Below are positions 13,601 through 26,921 of a stretch of 64,000 nucleotides of DNA, one piece after another. How positions within the stretch are numbered: the stretch's first letter is position 1; each line of letters opens with the position of its first letter. Position numbers and translations under genes: made by a program. The notes below the pieces were generated by a model that was given only the letters and a program-made list of their open reading frames with translations, did not search any database and was not told the DNA's origin. This DNA comes from Octopus bimaculoides (Eukaryota), in assembly GCF_001194135.2 (NCBI RefSeq), contig NC_068986.1:61302043-61366042 (forward strand), given 5' to 3'.

Positions 13601-14665
13601 CAACTCCCTGCTACCTCCATTCATCTAATCCTTTCAAGCCCGTTTCTTTCGTCTAATAGCCCTGTCAACCATATTGTTCCACCACCACGTTACTTTGGGC
13701 CGAGAAGGGACTTTGCACCATCCACAGATCTGGTCAGTGGCTCTCAGCAGGTTGTCCCGTAGAAACCTCCAATTGTCTTCCACATTATGTGATGCTATAT
13801 CCCCTTTTATTTTGTCAAAAGCTTCGAGTAACACATCTCTAAATCTCTGTCCATTTGCAGGATCTTTAAGCTTCCAGACCCTTCTCCAAGCTGGTCTACT
13901 TCTGGGCATTCATTTAGCCTTGATCCCGAAGTCGCTAACTACTAATCTGTGTTGAGGGGTACATTCTTTGCCTGGGAAGGTTTTGGCATTTATAAGCAAT
14001 CCTCTTTCCCTTTTTCTGGTGAGGATGTAGTCGATTTGGCTAGTGTGTCTGCCAGAACGGTAGGTGACAAGGTGACAGGCAGGTTTCCTGAAGTTGGTAT
14101 TGCAAACCATAAGATCATTTGCATCACAGAACTCCAGCAGTCTAGTTCCCTCCTCATTGTGGGAACCGAAGCCATAGCCTCCATGTATGCCATGGAGGCT
14201 CCCTGTATGTTGTTCAACATGTCCATTGAAATCACCTGCCACAAAGAGAAGGTCCCTGTCATTCGACAATGAGGTAGTCTGCTAAAGGGTGTCATAAAAT
14301 TGGTCTTTCTGCCCATCTGGTAGCCCTGGTTGAGGGGCATAGGCTGAGATGACGGTAGCTAACCTATGGTGAAGCACTTATCTAATCTTAAGTACTCTGT
14401 CACATACTCTGACTACCTCGATTACCTTATCAACCCATTTGTCTGCAAGAAGTATACCCACGCCCCCGACCCCATCAGTGTTCCCTGCCCAGACAATCTT
14501 GTACCTGTGTTCTTTGCCTGTGAGGACCCTAGCGGAACCTCCTCTCCACCTTACTTCTTGGATGCAGCACAAATCTACGTGTCTCCATTCAAGCATTTCA
14601 ACAATCTCACCAGACCTACCTTTCAGTGTGCCGACGTTGAGAGTGCCAATTCTGATGGTATGGGA
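10648..14665 (-). mobile_element. Near full-length RTE LINE (APE-RT-PHD), decayed
   Basis: APE (CCIQEVRWRGG, AGDFNGHV, SQIDYIL); RT (KAPGP, FIDMEKAFDRVPR, LYADDLALIA); structured 3' UTR and (GAT)n tail; 5' end runs into a gap. Confidence 0.92.
13273..13496 (-). mobile_element. Young tRNA-derived SINE inserted in the RTE
   Basis: Minus-strand head gagctggcagaaacgttagc...gagttcaaattcc; 12-bp TSD ctcacacactgt at 13261-13272 and 13497-13508. Confidence 0.9.
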
Positions 14666-15571
14666 NNNNNNNNNNNNNNNNNNNNNNNNNNNNNNNNNNN
14701 NNNNNNNNNNNNNNNNNNNNNNNNNNNNNNNNNNNNNNNNNNNNNNNNNNNNNNNNNNNNNNNNNNNNNNNNNNNNNNNNNNNNNNNNNNNNNNNNNNNN
14801 NNNNNNNNNNNNNNNNNNNNNNNNNNNNNNNNNNNNNNNNNNNNNNNNNNNNNNNNNNNNNNNNNNNNNNNNNNNNNNNNNNNNNNNNNNNNNNNNNNNN
14901 NNNNNNNNNNNNNNNNNNNNNNNNNNNNNNNNNNNNNNNNNNNNNNNNNNNNNNNNNNNNNNNNNNNNNNNNNNNNNNNNNNNNNNNNNNNNNNNNNNNN
15001 NNNNNNNNNNNNNNNNNNNNNNNNNNNNNNNNNNNNNNNNNNNNNNNNNNNNNNNNNNNNNNNNNNNNNNNNNNNNNNNNNNNNNNNNNNNNNNNNNNNN
15101 NNNNNNNNNNNNNNNNNNNNNNNNNNNNNNNNNNNNNNNNNNNNNNNNNNNNNNNNNNNNNNNNNNNNNNNNNNNNNNNNNNNNNNNNNNNNNNNNNNNN
15201 NNNNNNNNNNNNNNNNNNNNNNNNNNNNNNNNNNNNNNNNNNNNNNNNNNNNNNNNNNNNNNNNNNNNNNNNNNNNNNNNNNNNNNNNNNNNNNNNNNNN
15301 NNNNNNNNNNNNNNNNNNNNNNNNNNNNNNNNNNNNNNNNNNNNNNNNNNNNNNNNNNNNNNNNNNNNNNNNNNNNNNNNNNNNNNNNNNNNNNNNNNNN
15401 NNNNNNNNNNNNNNNNNNNNNNNNNNNNNNNNNNNNNNNNNNNNNNNNNNNNNNNNNNNNNNNNNNNNNNNNNNNNNNNNNNNNNNNNNNNNNNNNNNNN
15501 NNNNNNNNNNNNNNNNNNNNNNNNNNNNNNNNNNNNNNNNNNNNNNNNNNNNNNNNNNNNNNNNNNNNNNN
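14666..15571. other. Assembly gap
   Basis: N run. Confidence 1.
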
Positions 15572-15610
<39 letters not shown>

Positions 15611-15699
15611 GGCAGAGAGGGAGGGGGTCAGGCAGTAAGTACATCACAAGGAGAATATTCTTTGGGATTTTCGGTAACAAAATTGAATGAAACAACAAA

Positions 15700-17500
15700 T
15701 GCCTAAATCGTGAGACAGAAGTGAAAAATATTTTTTGTTAAATGATATTCTGCTTTGATTGCCCTCTTTAGAAGACTCAACACTGGCTATTGACAACTGC
15801 CACTTAACTAATTCACTAATCCTGCCCCTGTGGTCTTTACAAGCTACTAAAGACATGTTCAACTTCCAGTAATTGGATCTCAACCTATTGGGCATTATCT
15901 AAGTCAGCTCAGTAGATCACAAATTTGTGATCTGTGTAGCCAACTAGTTTGAACTGTGGACATTCTACACTATCCCTAACTGTTGGTTGAACACTCTAAC
16001 TAGATATGATCTGTATGGCCTGCTGTGGTTGCTCTATATCCACACCGGTATACTAGAGATATCCAATCAGTACCTGTCAGACAGCTGGAAATTTCTGAGC
16101 AGGTTTTCAAGGTTTTTGTACCCCTTTCTCTTTTGTGCTAGTTCCACACAGCTCATCAGTGTATCTAAAATCGAATTCCAATTTCCTACGAACTAAAGTG
16201 ATAAGAATTTCCCCAGGAATGCTTCTACATATCTAAAGAAATGTAACCTTCCAGTCCTTTCAGAGCATAAACAACCATGAATCTAAAGGCACTACCTTTG
16301 CTGTCAATTTACATCCAGGATCACCGACTAACTGTCAAGGTCCAAAAAGATTGCTTGTACCTTGAGATTCAAGAATTTCCAAAATAATATTGCTACCCTA
16401 TCACAAAAACCCAACAGACCATGAGGAATATCTTATAGTCATTGAAAATGAGCATATATGCATGCACTCCAAAGACCCTGATCTCGCTGATGGCTATTAC
16501 ATCTATGTCAAACAACCTAAAAATCATTGAGCAAATGACCTTGCTTCCAGGTTGATCCTGGACCCCACACATTTATACATCTGATTATGAGAATAGCTAT
16601 GTGTGTCAGAATAAAAAAAAAAAAGAGGTCAGTTAATTCAGTTTCTTTATTGCTGCAGGAAGAATTAGTGAAAAGCCTTCCTAAAGTTCATTTATCCAGC
16701 TTTAAATGAAACGTTTTTTTTTTAAAGTTTCAAATAAGTGTTTATGTGTCTGAATTAACAGCTAGCCATGAGAGGGTTTTCAACAAGAGTTCATCTAAAC
16801 CCTTCCTTCTTGGGACAATGTTTTTGGTTCCTGTTACCTCTTCCGTCAGATCATTGATGCTCTTTCAACAACTTTGAAACTGATGAATCCCAGACCAATT
16901 TTCTTTTCAATATTTTTTTCATATCAAGCAAGGTATGTGGGTCTTTACTTACTACACATGCCATCACCCACCAAATACCTAATTCTGGTGGTATATCTGA
17001 TATTTTAATTTTTGCCACATGCTGACCAAATAAATCCCCATCTTTGCACTGGACCATTGAATGTTTTTGTGCCAGAGCTTCTGAGAGTAATCTCACTTTC
17101 ACAGAGCCATATTACCTTTCTTGAGTTATAAAGACTACATCAGCCCATAATCCCTTAACTTCTTATAAAGTCTACATTTTTCAACTTGGGTGTGTGAGGC
17201 ATTAAAAACCATTGATTTGTAATAGAAATACTTTGATATAAAATAGATATTCTGGCAATCCTTTCCATAAATTCTGAAAGGACATTGATTTAGGTTTACT
17301 GTTTCCTCTGTTAAAGAGCTTTCCTGCATTCAAGTTCCTATATTCTTCTTCCAATAAAACCTGCTCCTGAAACCTTGTTACTCCAGCAAAGGAGTTGTTA
17401 TTGATGCTGTTGTTATTGACGCTGTTGTTGTTGATACTGTTGTTGTCATAGTTACTGTTGGTGGTGATTGTAGTATTTCCAGAAGTCAAAGCAAATGTCT
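15700..17500 (-). mobile_element. Tx1/L1-like remnant (ORF1 and endonuclease)
   Basis: YWKLNMSLVACKDHRGRISELVK aligns with YWKLNASLLAHKDYKDRISELVK at 55.3 kb; ORF1 DIPPEL...TLLDMKKILK aligns with NVPPEI...TILEVKKILK at 57.1 kb. Confidence 0.7.
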
Positions 17501-17777
17501 ATGGTGGTGTACAATATAGTATAGCTTGTGATTGCGAAGGTAGTGTTTGTCATCAATATTGTTATTGCTGTTGCTTTGTTACTTTATTAAAAAATTTTCT
17601 TGTTCTCACTGTGTTGTTATTGTTGTTGTTGTTAAATCCTGTCCTTTGCTTTGTAATCAGACAACATAGATTCACTTGATTCAGTATCAACTATGCCTGG
17701 AGTTTCTCTCTCCCCTCTCCCGCATAACATCAACATTAATCTCTTTCATTTTCCTCCTACCTCATAATGATAATAAT

Positions 17778-17985
17778 ACTGGTTTTAAATTTTGGCACAA
17801 GGCCAGCACTTTGGGGGTAGGAGTAAGTCAATAACATCAACCCCAGTACTCAACTGGTACTTATTTTATCAACCCCAAAAGGCTGAAAAGAAAAGTCAAC
17901 CTCTGTGTAATTTGAAGGCAGAATGTAAAGATGGATGAAATGCTGCAAAGTATTTTGCCTAGGGTGCTAACAGTTATGCCAGCTT
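17778..17985 (-). mobile_element. Older copy of the 13273 SINE family
   Basis: Shared core ccccagta..caactggtacttattttatc.acccc.aaagg. Confidence 0.7.
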
Positions 17986-19469
17986 GAATAATTTTATATT
18001 TGGTTGGTATAGGTTAGGTAGATGTGCATCTCATAAATACAGCATCATCTATTCACATATTTTAGGCCAGTATTGACTGTATTATGTATAGTTTTAGTTG
18101 TTTCTGTTTTCAGTCTAATAACTGGATTCTTTCTTATGGCAAGTGAGCAATCAAATAAAGAACACCAGGTTGTGAGAAGTGGCAATGAAAATGCTAAGGC
18201 TTTATGTAATGAATTTAAAATAGGGGTTAGTACCGTCTTAATGTATGGACAGGGCATACTAGGCAGGAGTGTCTCTCAGTCAAGAGGCACAATTCTGATC
18301 TATGTATGATGCTGTGGCTTGCTGTCAAATAAAAACTACAGGACCCATTTATTTTGGTGGGGGGGGGCCTATAAATGCTGCTGTGACAGTCCTGACAGTT
18401 GCTAGTTGTTGTTCAACTCAAGATTAACCCTGATGAAACAGATTTATGATCAAAAGTGTTCTGACCATGACCATCAATGTATATAGCACCTCATTATTTA
18501 ATGTGTACAAGCATCCTCCATGTTATAGAAACTTTGGCTTTGGAATTTTGCACCTATAGATATTATAAAATACAACTAATAATTTCAGCCTGTACTTACA
18601 AAAGCTTGGATAGATTTTAACAACTTTAAAAACTAAAATTATGATACATGTATATGTATAAAAATATCTTTCTTTTTTTTTTGTTTAGAAATAGTATATA
18701 TTGTGACTTTAATGCACCCAATTGCACTTGACATCAATTTTCTATCTCCAGTCACTGCATTTTGTTCCTTACAGTTTAACAATTCTTAAGTTTTTAATTT
18801 TTTTCTCTTTACAAACTTCTTTTTTTATATTTATCATTCCTGTCAGCAGATACCTATTTCCCCTCCACCATGCACCAGTTCAACTGACCTGGGTCTTAAG
18901 TTCAATCATACAATAGTGTACAAATCTCATCATTGGGCAGCACTTCTTCACCCCTTTCATTTTCATTCTTGTATCCAAGGTAATAAATAGGGCTCACCAC
19001 ATTTTTGCCAATGAAGAGTCAACTTTTGTATGCATGATGGAGGGGATACATACCTAACTATGATATCACTACATCTCCATTGATTCCCTCATGTTTTTCT
19101 CTCCAAATGTCTTTATGTACCCATACTGTGTATATTTGAAAATTGTTATTTTCCTGCATGAAGTAATTGTGCTTGTTTAAATTCTTGTCAGAACGCATCT
19201 CATTTTATAATATGGAAGTCAATGGAAAAATATTAGAATTCCACATTATAGCAAGATTTTCAAGAATATATCCTATTTTCTATTTTTAAAAAAGAGTTAT
19301 TTGCAGAAGATTTGGTTACCATTTCTACTAGTTCCAGCAGCCATGTAGCTGTTCTCTCATTGACTTGCTGAAGCAATAATTCATAACAGTGGTAGGAGGT
19401 TCCTAAGGACATTCAAAATCTGAACAAATCAGCATTTGATTCTTAACATAGTTTAATATAATAATAATG

Positions 19470-21675
19470 CAGAGATGCTCAAAATATCTGGCAGTGTCGG
19501 CTATAGCCTAGTCACCCATATAGTTAACCAGGTGATATATGAAGGAGTCATACACAATGACTGGTGTAGCAGCACCATAGTCAACTGCTACAAAGGTAAA
19601 AGTGAGGCTTTAGATACAAATAATTACAGAGGTATCAAGTTGTTGGATCAGGTAATGAAGGTCACGGAGAGGGCCATAGCCCAACTAATTAGGGAGTGAG
19701 TCAGTTTAGATGAGATGCAGTTTGGGTTCGTGCCAGGAAAAAGCACCACTGCTGCTATATTTCTGGTAAGACAGCTGCAGGAGAAATACCTAGTCAAAGA
19801 TAAACCTCTGTACTTGGCTTTCATTGACATGGAGAAAGCCTTTGACAGGGTCCCCCAATCCCTAATCTGGTGGTCAATGACGAAACTAAGGATAGATAAA
19901 TGGTTAGTGACAGCTGTGCGAGCCATCTACAGGGATGCTGTCAGTAAGGTGAGGGTTGGAAATGAGTACAGTGAAGAATTCTGGGTAGAGGCAGGGGTCC
20001 ACCAAGGTTCAGTCTTCAGCCCCCTCCAATTTATCATAGTCCTCCAGGCAATAACACAGGAATTCAAAACAGGATACCCCTGGGAGCTCCTCTATGCTGA
20101 TGACCTTGCTCTAATTGCTGAGTCACTATCAGAACTTGAGGATAAGTTTCAGGTGTGGAAGCAAGGACTAGAATCGAAGGGTCTTAGAGTCAACCTAACT
20201 AAAACCAAAGTCCTAATAAGTAGGAAGGTAGATCTGTAGAAAAGGCATAGGTAGAAACTCTATAAGATGTACCCAGTGTAAGCTATGGACACATAAGAGG
20301 TGCAGCAATATCAAAGGAAGGTTAACTAGCATGATAGTTTTTTTTTATGTGGCAGATGCTGAGGAGCAATAAACACTGAAAATGTGCAGAGAACAACCTC
20401 TGCCATATTCCAAAGAGAAAAACTAGAAGTAGTTGATAGCTTCCGTTACCTAGGTGACCAAGTCAGTAGCGGGGGAGGGTGCGCTGAAAGTGTAGCTGGT
20501 AGAATAAGAATAGCCTGGTCAAAGTTCAGAGAGCTCTTACCTCTGCTGGTGACAAAGGGTCTCTTGCTCAGAGTAAAAGGCAGACTGTATGACAATTGTG
20601 TACGAACAGCCATGCTACATGGCTGTGAAGCATGGGCCGTGACTGCTGAGGACATGCGTAAGGTTGCAAGAAATGAAGCTAGTATGCTCCGATGGATGTG
20701 TAATGTCAGTGTGCATACTCGACAGAGTGTAAGTACCTTGAGAGAAAAGTTGGACCTAAGAAGCATCAGATGTGGTGTGCAAGAGAGACGATTGCGCTGG
20801 TATGGTCATGTGGCGAGAATGGATGAGGATAGCTGAATGAAAAAGGGCACCTGTGGAAGAGGTAGACCCAGGAAGACCTGGGATGAGGTGGTGAAGCACG
20901 ACCTTCGAACATTAGGCCTCACCGAGTCAATGACTATTGACTGGGACCTTTGGTAATATGCAGTACATGAGAAAACCCAGCAAGCCAAGTGAGGGCATAA
21001 TCTGTGGCCTCTGCTAGAAGTGTAGCCAGCCCACTTAAGTGTACCTTTCCTTCTTTGGGCACTAAACTCTGCTAGCGAAGACCTGTTGAGGCAAGTGAAA
21101 TCGAAATCGAACCAAATTCGACGACTGGCACCCATGCCAACCTTCCTTCATTGGACACTAAACTCTGCTTGCGAAGACGTGTTGGGGCAAGTGAAATCGA
21201 AACTGAACCAAATTCGATGACGTACACCCGTGTCAGTGGAGCGCTAACAGCCCCATCCGAGTGGAATCATTGCCAGAGCAACTGTCTGCCTTCCATGCCG
21301 GTGGCACATAAAAGGCACCATTTCAGCATGATCATTACCAGCATTGCCGTACTGGCACTTGTGCCGGTGGCACGTGAACAAAACATTTGAACGAGGTCGT
21401 TGCCAGTGCCGCTGGACTGACTCCTGTGTAGGTGGCACTTAAAAACACCATTTGAGCATGGCCGTTACCAGAAGCGCATGACTGGCCCTCGCGCCAGTGG
21501 CACGTAAAAGCACCCATTACACTCCCGGAGTGGTTGGCGTTAGGAAGGGCATCCAGCTGTAGAAACTATGCTAGATTGGATTAGAGCCTGGTGCAGCTAT
21601 CTGGTTCGCCAGTTCTCAGTCAAATTGTCCAACCCATGCTAGCATGGAAAGCGGGCATTAAACAATGACGATGAT
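19470..21675 (+). mobile_element. 5'-truncated RTE LINE
   Basis: RT ORFs 19475-20239 (FIDMEKAFDRVP, LYADDL) and 20384-20836; 3' UTR repeats; tail gacgatgatg. Confidence 0.92.
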
Positions 21676-21799
21676 GAATATAAAACTGAGACTGAAAATA
21701 AGGCAAAAGTGACATCGGATAAAAACCCTGTGTGGAAATGACAAGTAGAACTATGCAGAAGCAATAACAATAACAACAACCAGTAGCAGCAACATCCCA

Positions 21800-23500
21800 A
21801 AATGGCTTAACCAAGACAGAAAAAACACAGAACCCATAGAATTACCGGCTTAGCACCTACCTACCAAATAATACAAAAATCATTACATCTGTTAATACTT
21901 GTCAACAACATAGATCAAATACAAAAAGTAATTTAACAGTATACTACACTAATGGATGGAGAAGAGCCCCAAATCTACAAAATCCATCCAACAATTATTA
22001 AACTCATCATGGAGAGTAAACCTAGAAGACCACCATGAATACTTACTATACAGATCAATCAAGGCTGATCAACTACCACCACTCTCACCGCTAATCTTCT
22101 GCCTTATACTTATGATACTAGCAATTTACTAAACAACAGTCACAGATACAACTCACAAAATAGCAAAGTGAACCACCTGTTCAACATTGACAATGTCAAG
22201 ACATTTGCCACAGGCAATGACCAGTAAAAGGATCTATTTATTATAATAAAAACCTTCTGAAATTATATCAAGACAGAGTTCTGAATCAACAAGTATATAA
22301 AACAAAAATTGACCAAGATTGCAAATTTAGACCTTGACAATAACACTGTAATTGAGGAGCTAGACCAGTGTGGTACATAGATGAAGAAAGAAAACAGTAT
22401 ACATCACTGCCATGAAGGAAAAAATCTGGAAATAGTACTACAGGAGAATGCATCTGGTACTAAACTCAATGAGGCTAACAGAGTGATTAACAGCCTGGAA
22501 ATAATCATAATAATGTACTTCTGCAACACCATGAACTGGAAACTGAATGGCATCAAGAGACTGAGCACCAAGACAAGAAAGATGCTGACTACAGAGAAGA
22601 TGCACTACCTGGAAGCAGATGCTGATAGTTACACCTACTAAGAACTTTAGAAAGAAGAGGCCTAGAACAAAATAAATTGAACAGGACACATACCTGACAA
22701 AAACAGGTTGCCCTCTCCTCAGATCTACTCAACCAAGAAAGAAGCTGCATTATTAAAAAAAGAAAGACTGATGTTCCAATAATCCCAACAAGAAACAAGG
22801 TGACTACCATCTACATAAATGATGGAAATAGAAGCTAAAACAGCATCCGCAGCTGCAATTACAGAAAAACCTGTGAATACAAGGTAATGCACAAGATGTA
22901 CCAATAAACAATTGCAAAAAGCAGATATGGACCAATGACTAAGGAGTAGCATATTGAAAACAGAGGACCGGAAAATTTCAGAGTCATCCAACCAGATACC
23001 ACCACCATTGCATAATCAAGGATGGAACAGACTCACAATCCTTGATATGTGGAAAATATAACGAAATCATTGACCACATAGTTTCTGCATTCCTAGAACA
23101 GGCAGAGACCAAACAGATTCACAGGCATAACAAGGCAGTAGCATACCTGCACCAGAGAAAATGCAGGACTTACAAGATCATGACGACTAAGCAGTAATAT
23201 GAATATCAACCAAACACAACCATTGGCAAAAATGAAGTTATCCTCTGAAACATACCTGTCTAAACTAATCAACAAGCATGAGATCATTATCAGGGGTTAG
23301 AAGTATAAGTGCATAGCCATCAACATATAAATGTTATCTATGCAGTCCAGAAAACTGCCCAACAAAAAACAGTCACAAACTACAGAGAACACTGTGACTT
23401 TCTTTGTATAGCAATTCAAGTCAGTTTGGGCTCAGCTGTACATGATGTAAGATAAGAAACTCATAGAAAATCATAAGATAATGAAAATAACAATCATGAT
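21800..23500 (+). mobile_element. Degraded R4/Dong-like non-LTR element with restriction-like endonuclease
   Basis: PLSPLIFCL; NHLFNIDNVKTFA (degenerate HLLYMDDLKL); NWKLNGIKRLSTKTRKMLT; CCHC-like ICGKYNEIIDHIVSA; degenerate PD..D region. Confidence 0.65.
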
Positions 23501-24662
23501 CTTATTTACAGCCTGTGACCTGTGCCAATCAATGTATGTTTGAGTGAGATGTTTAATCCATTACCCAGTTTGATATCATCACCTGGATGTAATTTTTTAG
23601 CAGAGTTTACTTTCTTGCAAGCATTTGTGTCATGATAGTTTCCTGGTGTCATGATAGTTTCCTCCGTTCCTCTCAGCACTCTCAGAAACCCAGCACTTCC
23701 ACCTTTCACTAAGCCATATTATTTTAAATGTAAAAAATGTGTAAGTGCTGTTGTCTAGTTGAGATATCTGTTCAAAGAAACAGGTTATTGACATTTTATT
23801 TTGTTGTGGTTGCCACCTTATCCTTATCGTGAGTTACAATCATGAGATTTATTTCTTAAAGTATTTGTCTTGCTGTAGAGATTCATGAAAAAATACAGCA
23901 AAGTGGTTTCTCTATTAACTTCCCCCAAGAGCTTAGGAGGTTTTGAATTCAAAACTGTGAGCAAATAAAATACTTCAACATATCTATTTTACAGTGCCTA
24001 CCAGCAAAATCTATGTCTATGGCACTTATTTATTTACATGTGAATTGTATTGTCTATGCCCGGGGCATACTACTGGCAATTCCAGTAATTAGATATGAAC
24101 CATCAACCATTTGGCCAGTAGGGTGGTAATCTATCAACTCACTAAGACTCATTAGAAGTTTGAGTGAAGTTCTTAGGAGATGACATGGCAAATAATGATA
24201 AAAATTAATTCAAACATCAAAGAAAATTTCCCAAGAACATAAGACTGCTATGATGCGGCAGTAAATGTTGAAACAATTAGATGAAATTTTAGCAGCTTAT
24301 TCACTCCCTCTCCACATTAAATGGACATAGATAGAATAACAATATTTATTACATATGCAGTACTGATAATGGAACATGATATATATGACAAAATAAGTGG
24401 AACTAATTGACAGCAATTATTAAATTATCATGTGAAACACACAACTTCAATCTGTTGCTACTTAAATGTCATCGTTTGATGGTTGTACACAATGTAACAT
24501 TAGCTCTCTTTCTGTCTCACACACTCAAATGTGTGTTGGGGGTGGGGGGAGAATAATTTTTTTCAACATATATATATGAATCTACAATGATTACGTGGAA
24601 CTTGTCACACAAATATTGGAGCAGGCAGGCTGACAGACAGACAAATGCATGTCTATAAATAT

Positions 24663-24820
24663 ATGGTAAATTGGCAGAATCATTAAACCATGCTGCACCA
24701 GGTTCCAGTCTGAATTTGGCTAGAAACTCTGCACTCTGAGTTCAAGTTAAGGGGATCAATTATGCTTTTTATTTTTTTCAAGGTTGATAAAAAAAATTAT
24801 CAATCTAGGGCATATTGAGT
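24663..24820 (+). mobile_element. Degraded SINE
   Basis: ttggcagaatc...ctctgagttcaa...aggttgataaa resembles the 13273 family. Confidence 0.5.
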
Positions 24821-25226
24821 AGGTTTATGTTTATACTGAAAGAAAACGAAAATATTCAATACGGAAAAAAAATTTAAAGAATGGATAACTATTTAAATTT
24901 TTGCCTTTGTCTCTGATACTATATTCTTGCAATACAATTTTCTTTTCTAAATATATTCACTATATCATGCTTGCTTTTGTTATTCTGAGAAAGTATAATA
25001 AAAAACATATAAATATTACTTTTCTCAGATACACAACCTTTTAAAACTGTAAGTATATCTTTTAAAACCATTTTTCTTATTATTTTGCCCTAAAATATTT
25101 CAAAATTTGCTGTCTTGATCTTTCAATTTCATGGCATTCAGTACCCTGAAATTTTGGTCTTTCACACTTTAGTGTTCTGATTTTCTTGGTTCTTAGAATT
25201 TCAGCCTTTCCATGTTTGGTATTTCT

Positions 25227-25410
25227 TGTAGAAAATATGTTGAATATTCATAACTGCAAGATTACACAGCTTGCTTCAGAAGGCTACACTGTACGGTTCC
25301 TTAGCATCCTTTCGTGCATAGTGGTATCGTCCCTTTTATGGCTGCCAGCTCATTCATCTTTCATCTCATGATTTTCACATGATTGCACAAGACTTCCCTT
25401 GAGAGTTATA

Positions 25411-25466
<56 letters not shown>

Positions 25467-25491
25467 GATACCAAAATCAGCATTTATCACA
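25227..25491 (-). repeat. 3' LTR of the Gypsy element
   Basis: Direct repeat of 29458-29675; contains ~(TA)25. Confidence 0.85.
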
Positions 25492-26709
25492 TTATTCCTC
25501 CTTGAAAAGGTTTGGCTTTTGACATCTTGTTGCAATTCTTGCACTTCGCCTCAGTTGAGAACTTGATGAAATTTTCATGTTCTATCTGCGATGGCTAGCA
25601 TTATCAATAATAAACTGTCCCACTTCTTCTATAACTCCAGTGTTGGTGTCATGCCTAGCCTGGGAATTTGATATGGTCACACTGTCACTATTAGGCATAC
25701 TTGGAGACTCATTGTGCCAGGTGTTGTGCTCAATTTTGGTTCTGGTTCCCATGTGTTTAGCAGGACCAGTTGCTCAACTGCCACTAACTGCAATGGGCAA
25801 CCTTCCTTCTTAATCCATGCAGTATTCTTTCCGGCATGTATCACATATTTTGCCTTGGATGCAACCTTGTCGAACATGGTTTTGTGTACTACATCCTCAC
25901 CTATTTCAAAGAATAGGTTTACAACAACCCTCAATGGTCTTTTCATTAACTTTTTGGCTGGTGATAATTTACAACCACCCAAGGCACTCCAATAGTTGAA
26001 CAGAATTTTGTTCAAGTAGTTGCTGAAATTTCCTGTCTTACGATCAAAATGTTTCAGTGCAGCTTTTACAGTTTGTACAGCCCTTTCAGCAGCACCGTTA
26101 GATGCCAGACTGTAAGCTGATGTCTCAATCTTTCTGCAACCTACTGATGATAACATATTCTTTAACACAACAAATTCAGGCCCATTGTATGATACTAAAG
26201 CCGTGGGCACATCAAAACAAGCAATGACACCAAGTAGCTTGCTTTTTACCACTTCAGTTGAGCAATTAAGACACAAGAATGCCTCAATCTATGTTGAATA
26301 GGCATCTACAATTACAAGTATGTTACTAATGTTTGGAACATGTGCCCAAACCATATGCACACATCCCCAAGGCCCAGAAATAGATCATGTATCATTTGCT
26401 TTTACTAAATTTGGCCAAACTCTGGCAACTATCGCAAGATTTGACAAACTTCTCCACCAACTAAGCCAACACAGGTCACCAAACACAGAGTTGTGCCTTT
26501 TTAATTGTTTATTGAATACCCATGTCTGTGTTGTGTATTTTAGCTAATGCTGTGACTCTATAAAGTGCTGGAATAAATAGGCGATTTTTGTGATATATTA
26601 TGCCATTTTTGCATGTTAGAAAATCATCCTTCTCTTTAACAAATGCATGTTCCAAATTCAAGACTGATCTCCCATTTTGCTGTAAAATTCTTTCCTTTAT
26701 TTTGTTCTA

Positions 26710-26921
26710 TAGGCTGTCCACAAGGTCTGGGTACATGGAGTAAATAAAATCATAACATAAACAATTAAATATAAGAAATAATAATTTCTTAAAGTATGTG
26801 TTAATCCCCATGTGGGTACATGGAGTAAATAAAATCATAACATAAACATTTAAATATAAGAAATAATAATTTCTTAAAGTATATGTTAATCCCCATGTAC
26901 CCAGACTTTGTGGACACCCTG
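26710..26921. mobile_element. Tc1/mariner-type MITE with an internal 85-bp tandem duplication
   Basis: TIRs taggctgtccacaaggtctgggtacatgg / ccatgtacccagactttgtggacaccctg with TA flanks; lies inside Gypsy pol. Confidence 0.85.

Noticed and set aside
15911-15930. Palindrome agatcacaaatttgtgatct
   Set aside because: Part of Tx1 endonuclease coding sequence (TDHKFVI), nearly the same at 55.46 kb; incidental.
18073-18309. Possible Tigger/pogo N-terminal HTH (KALCNEFKIGVSTV)
   Set aside because: Too short and degenerate; no TIR or DDE region found.
23506-23767. Minus-strand ORF with KLHPGDDIKLG and a 19-bp tandem duplication (23627-23663)
   Set aside because: FHA-like only superficially; the plausible acceptor frame is broken by the duplication and no family is recognisable.
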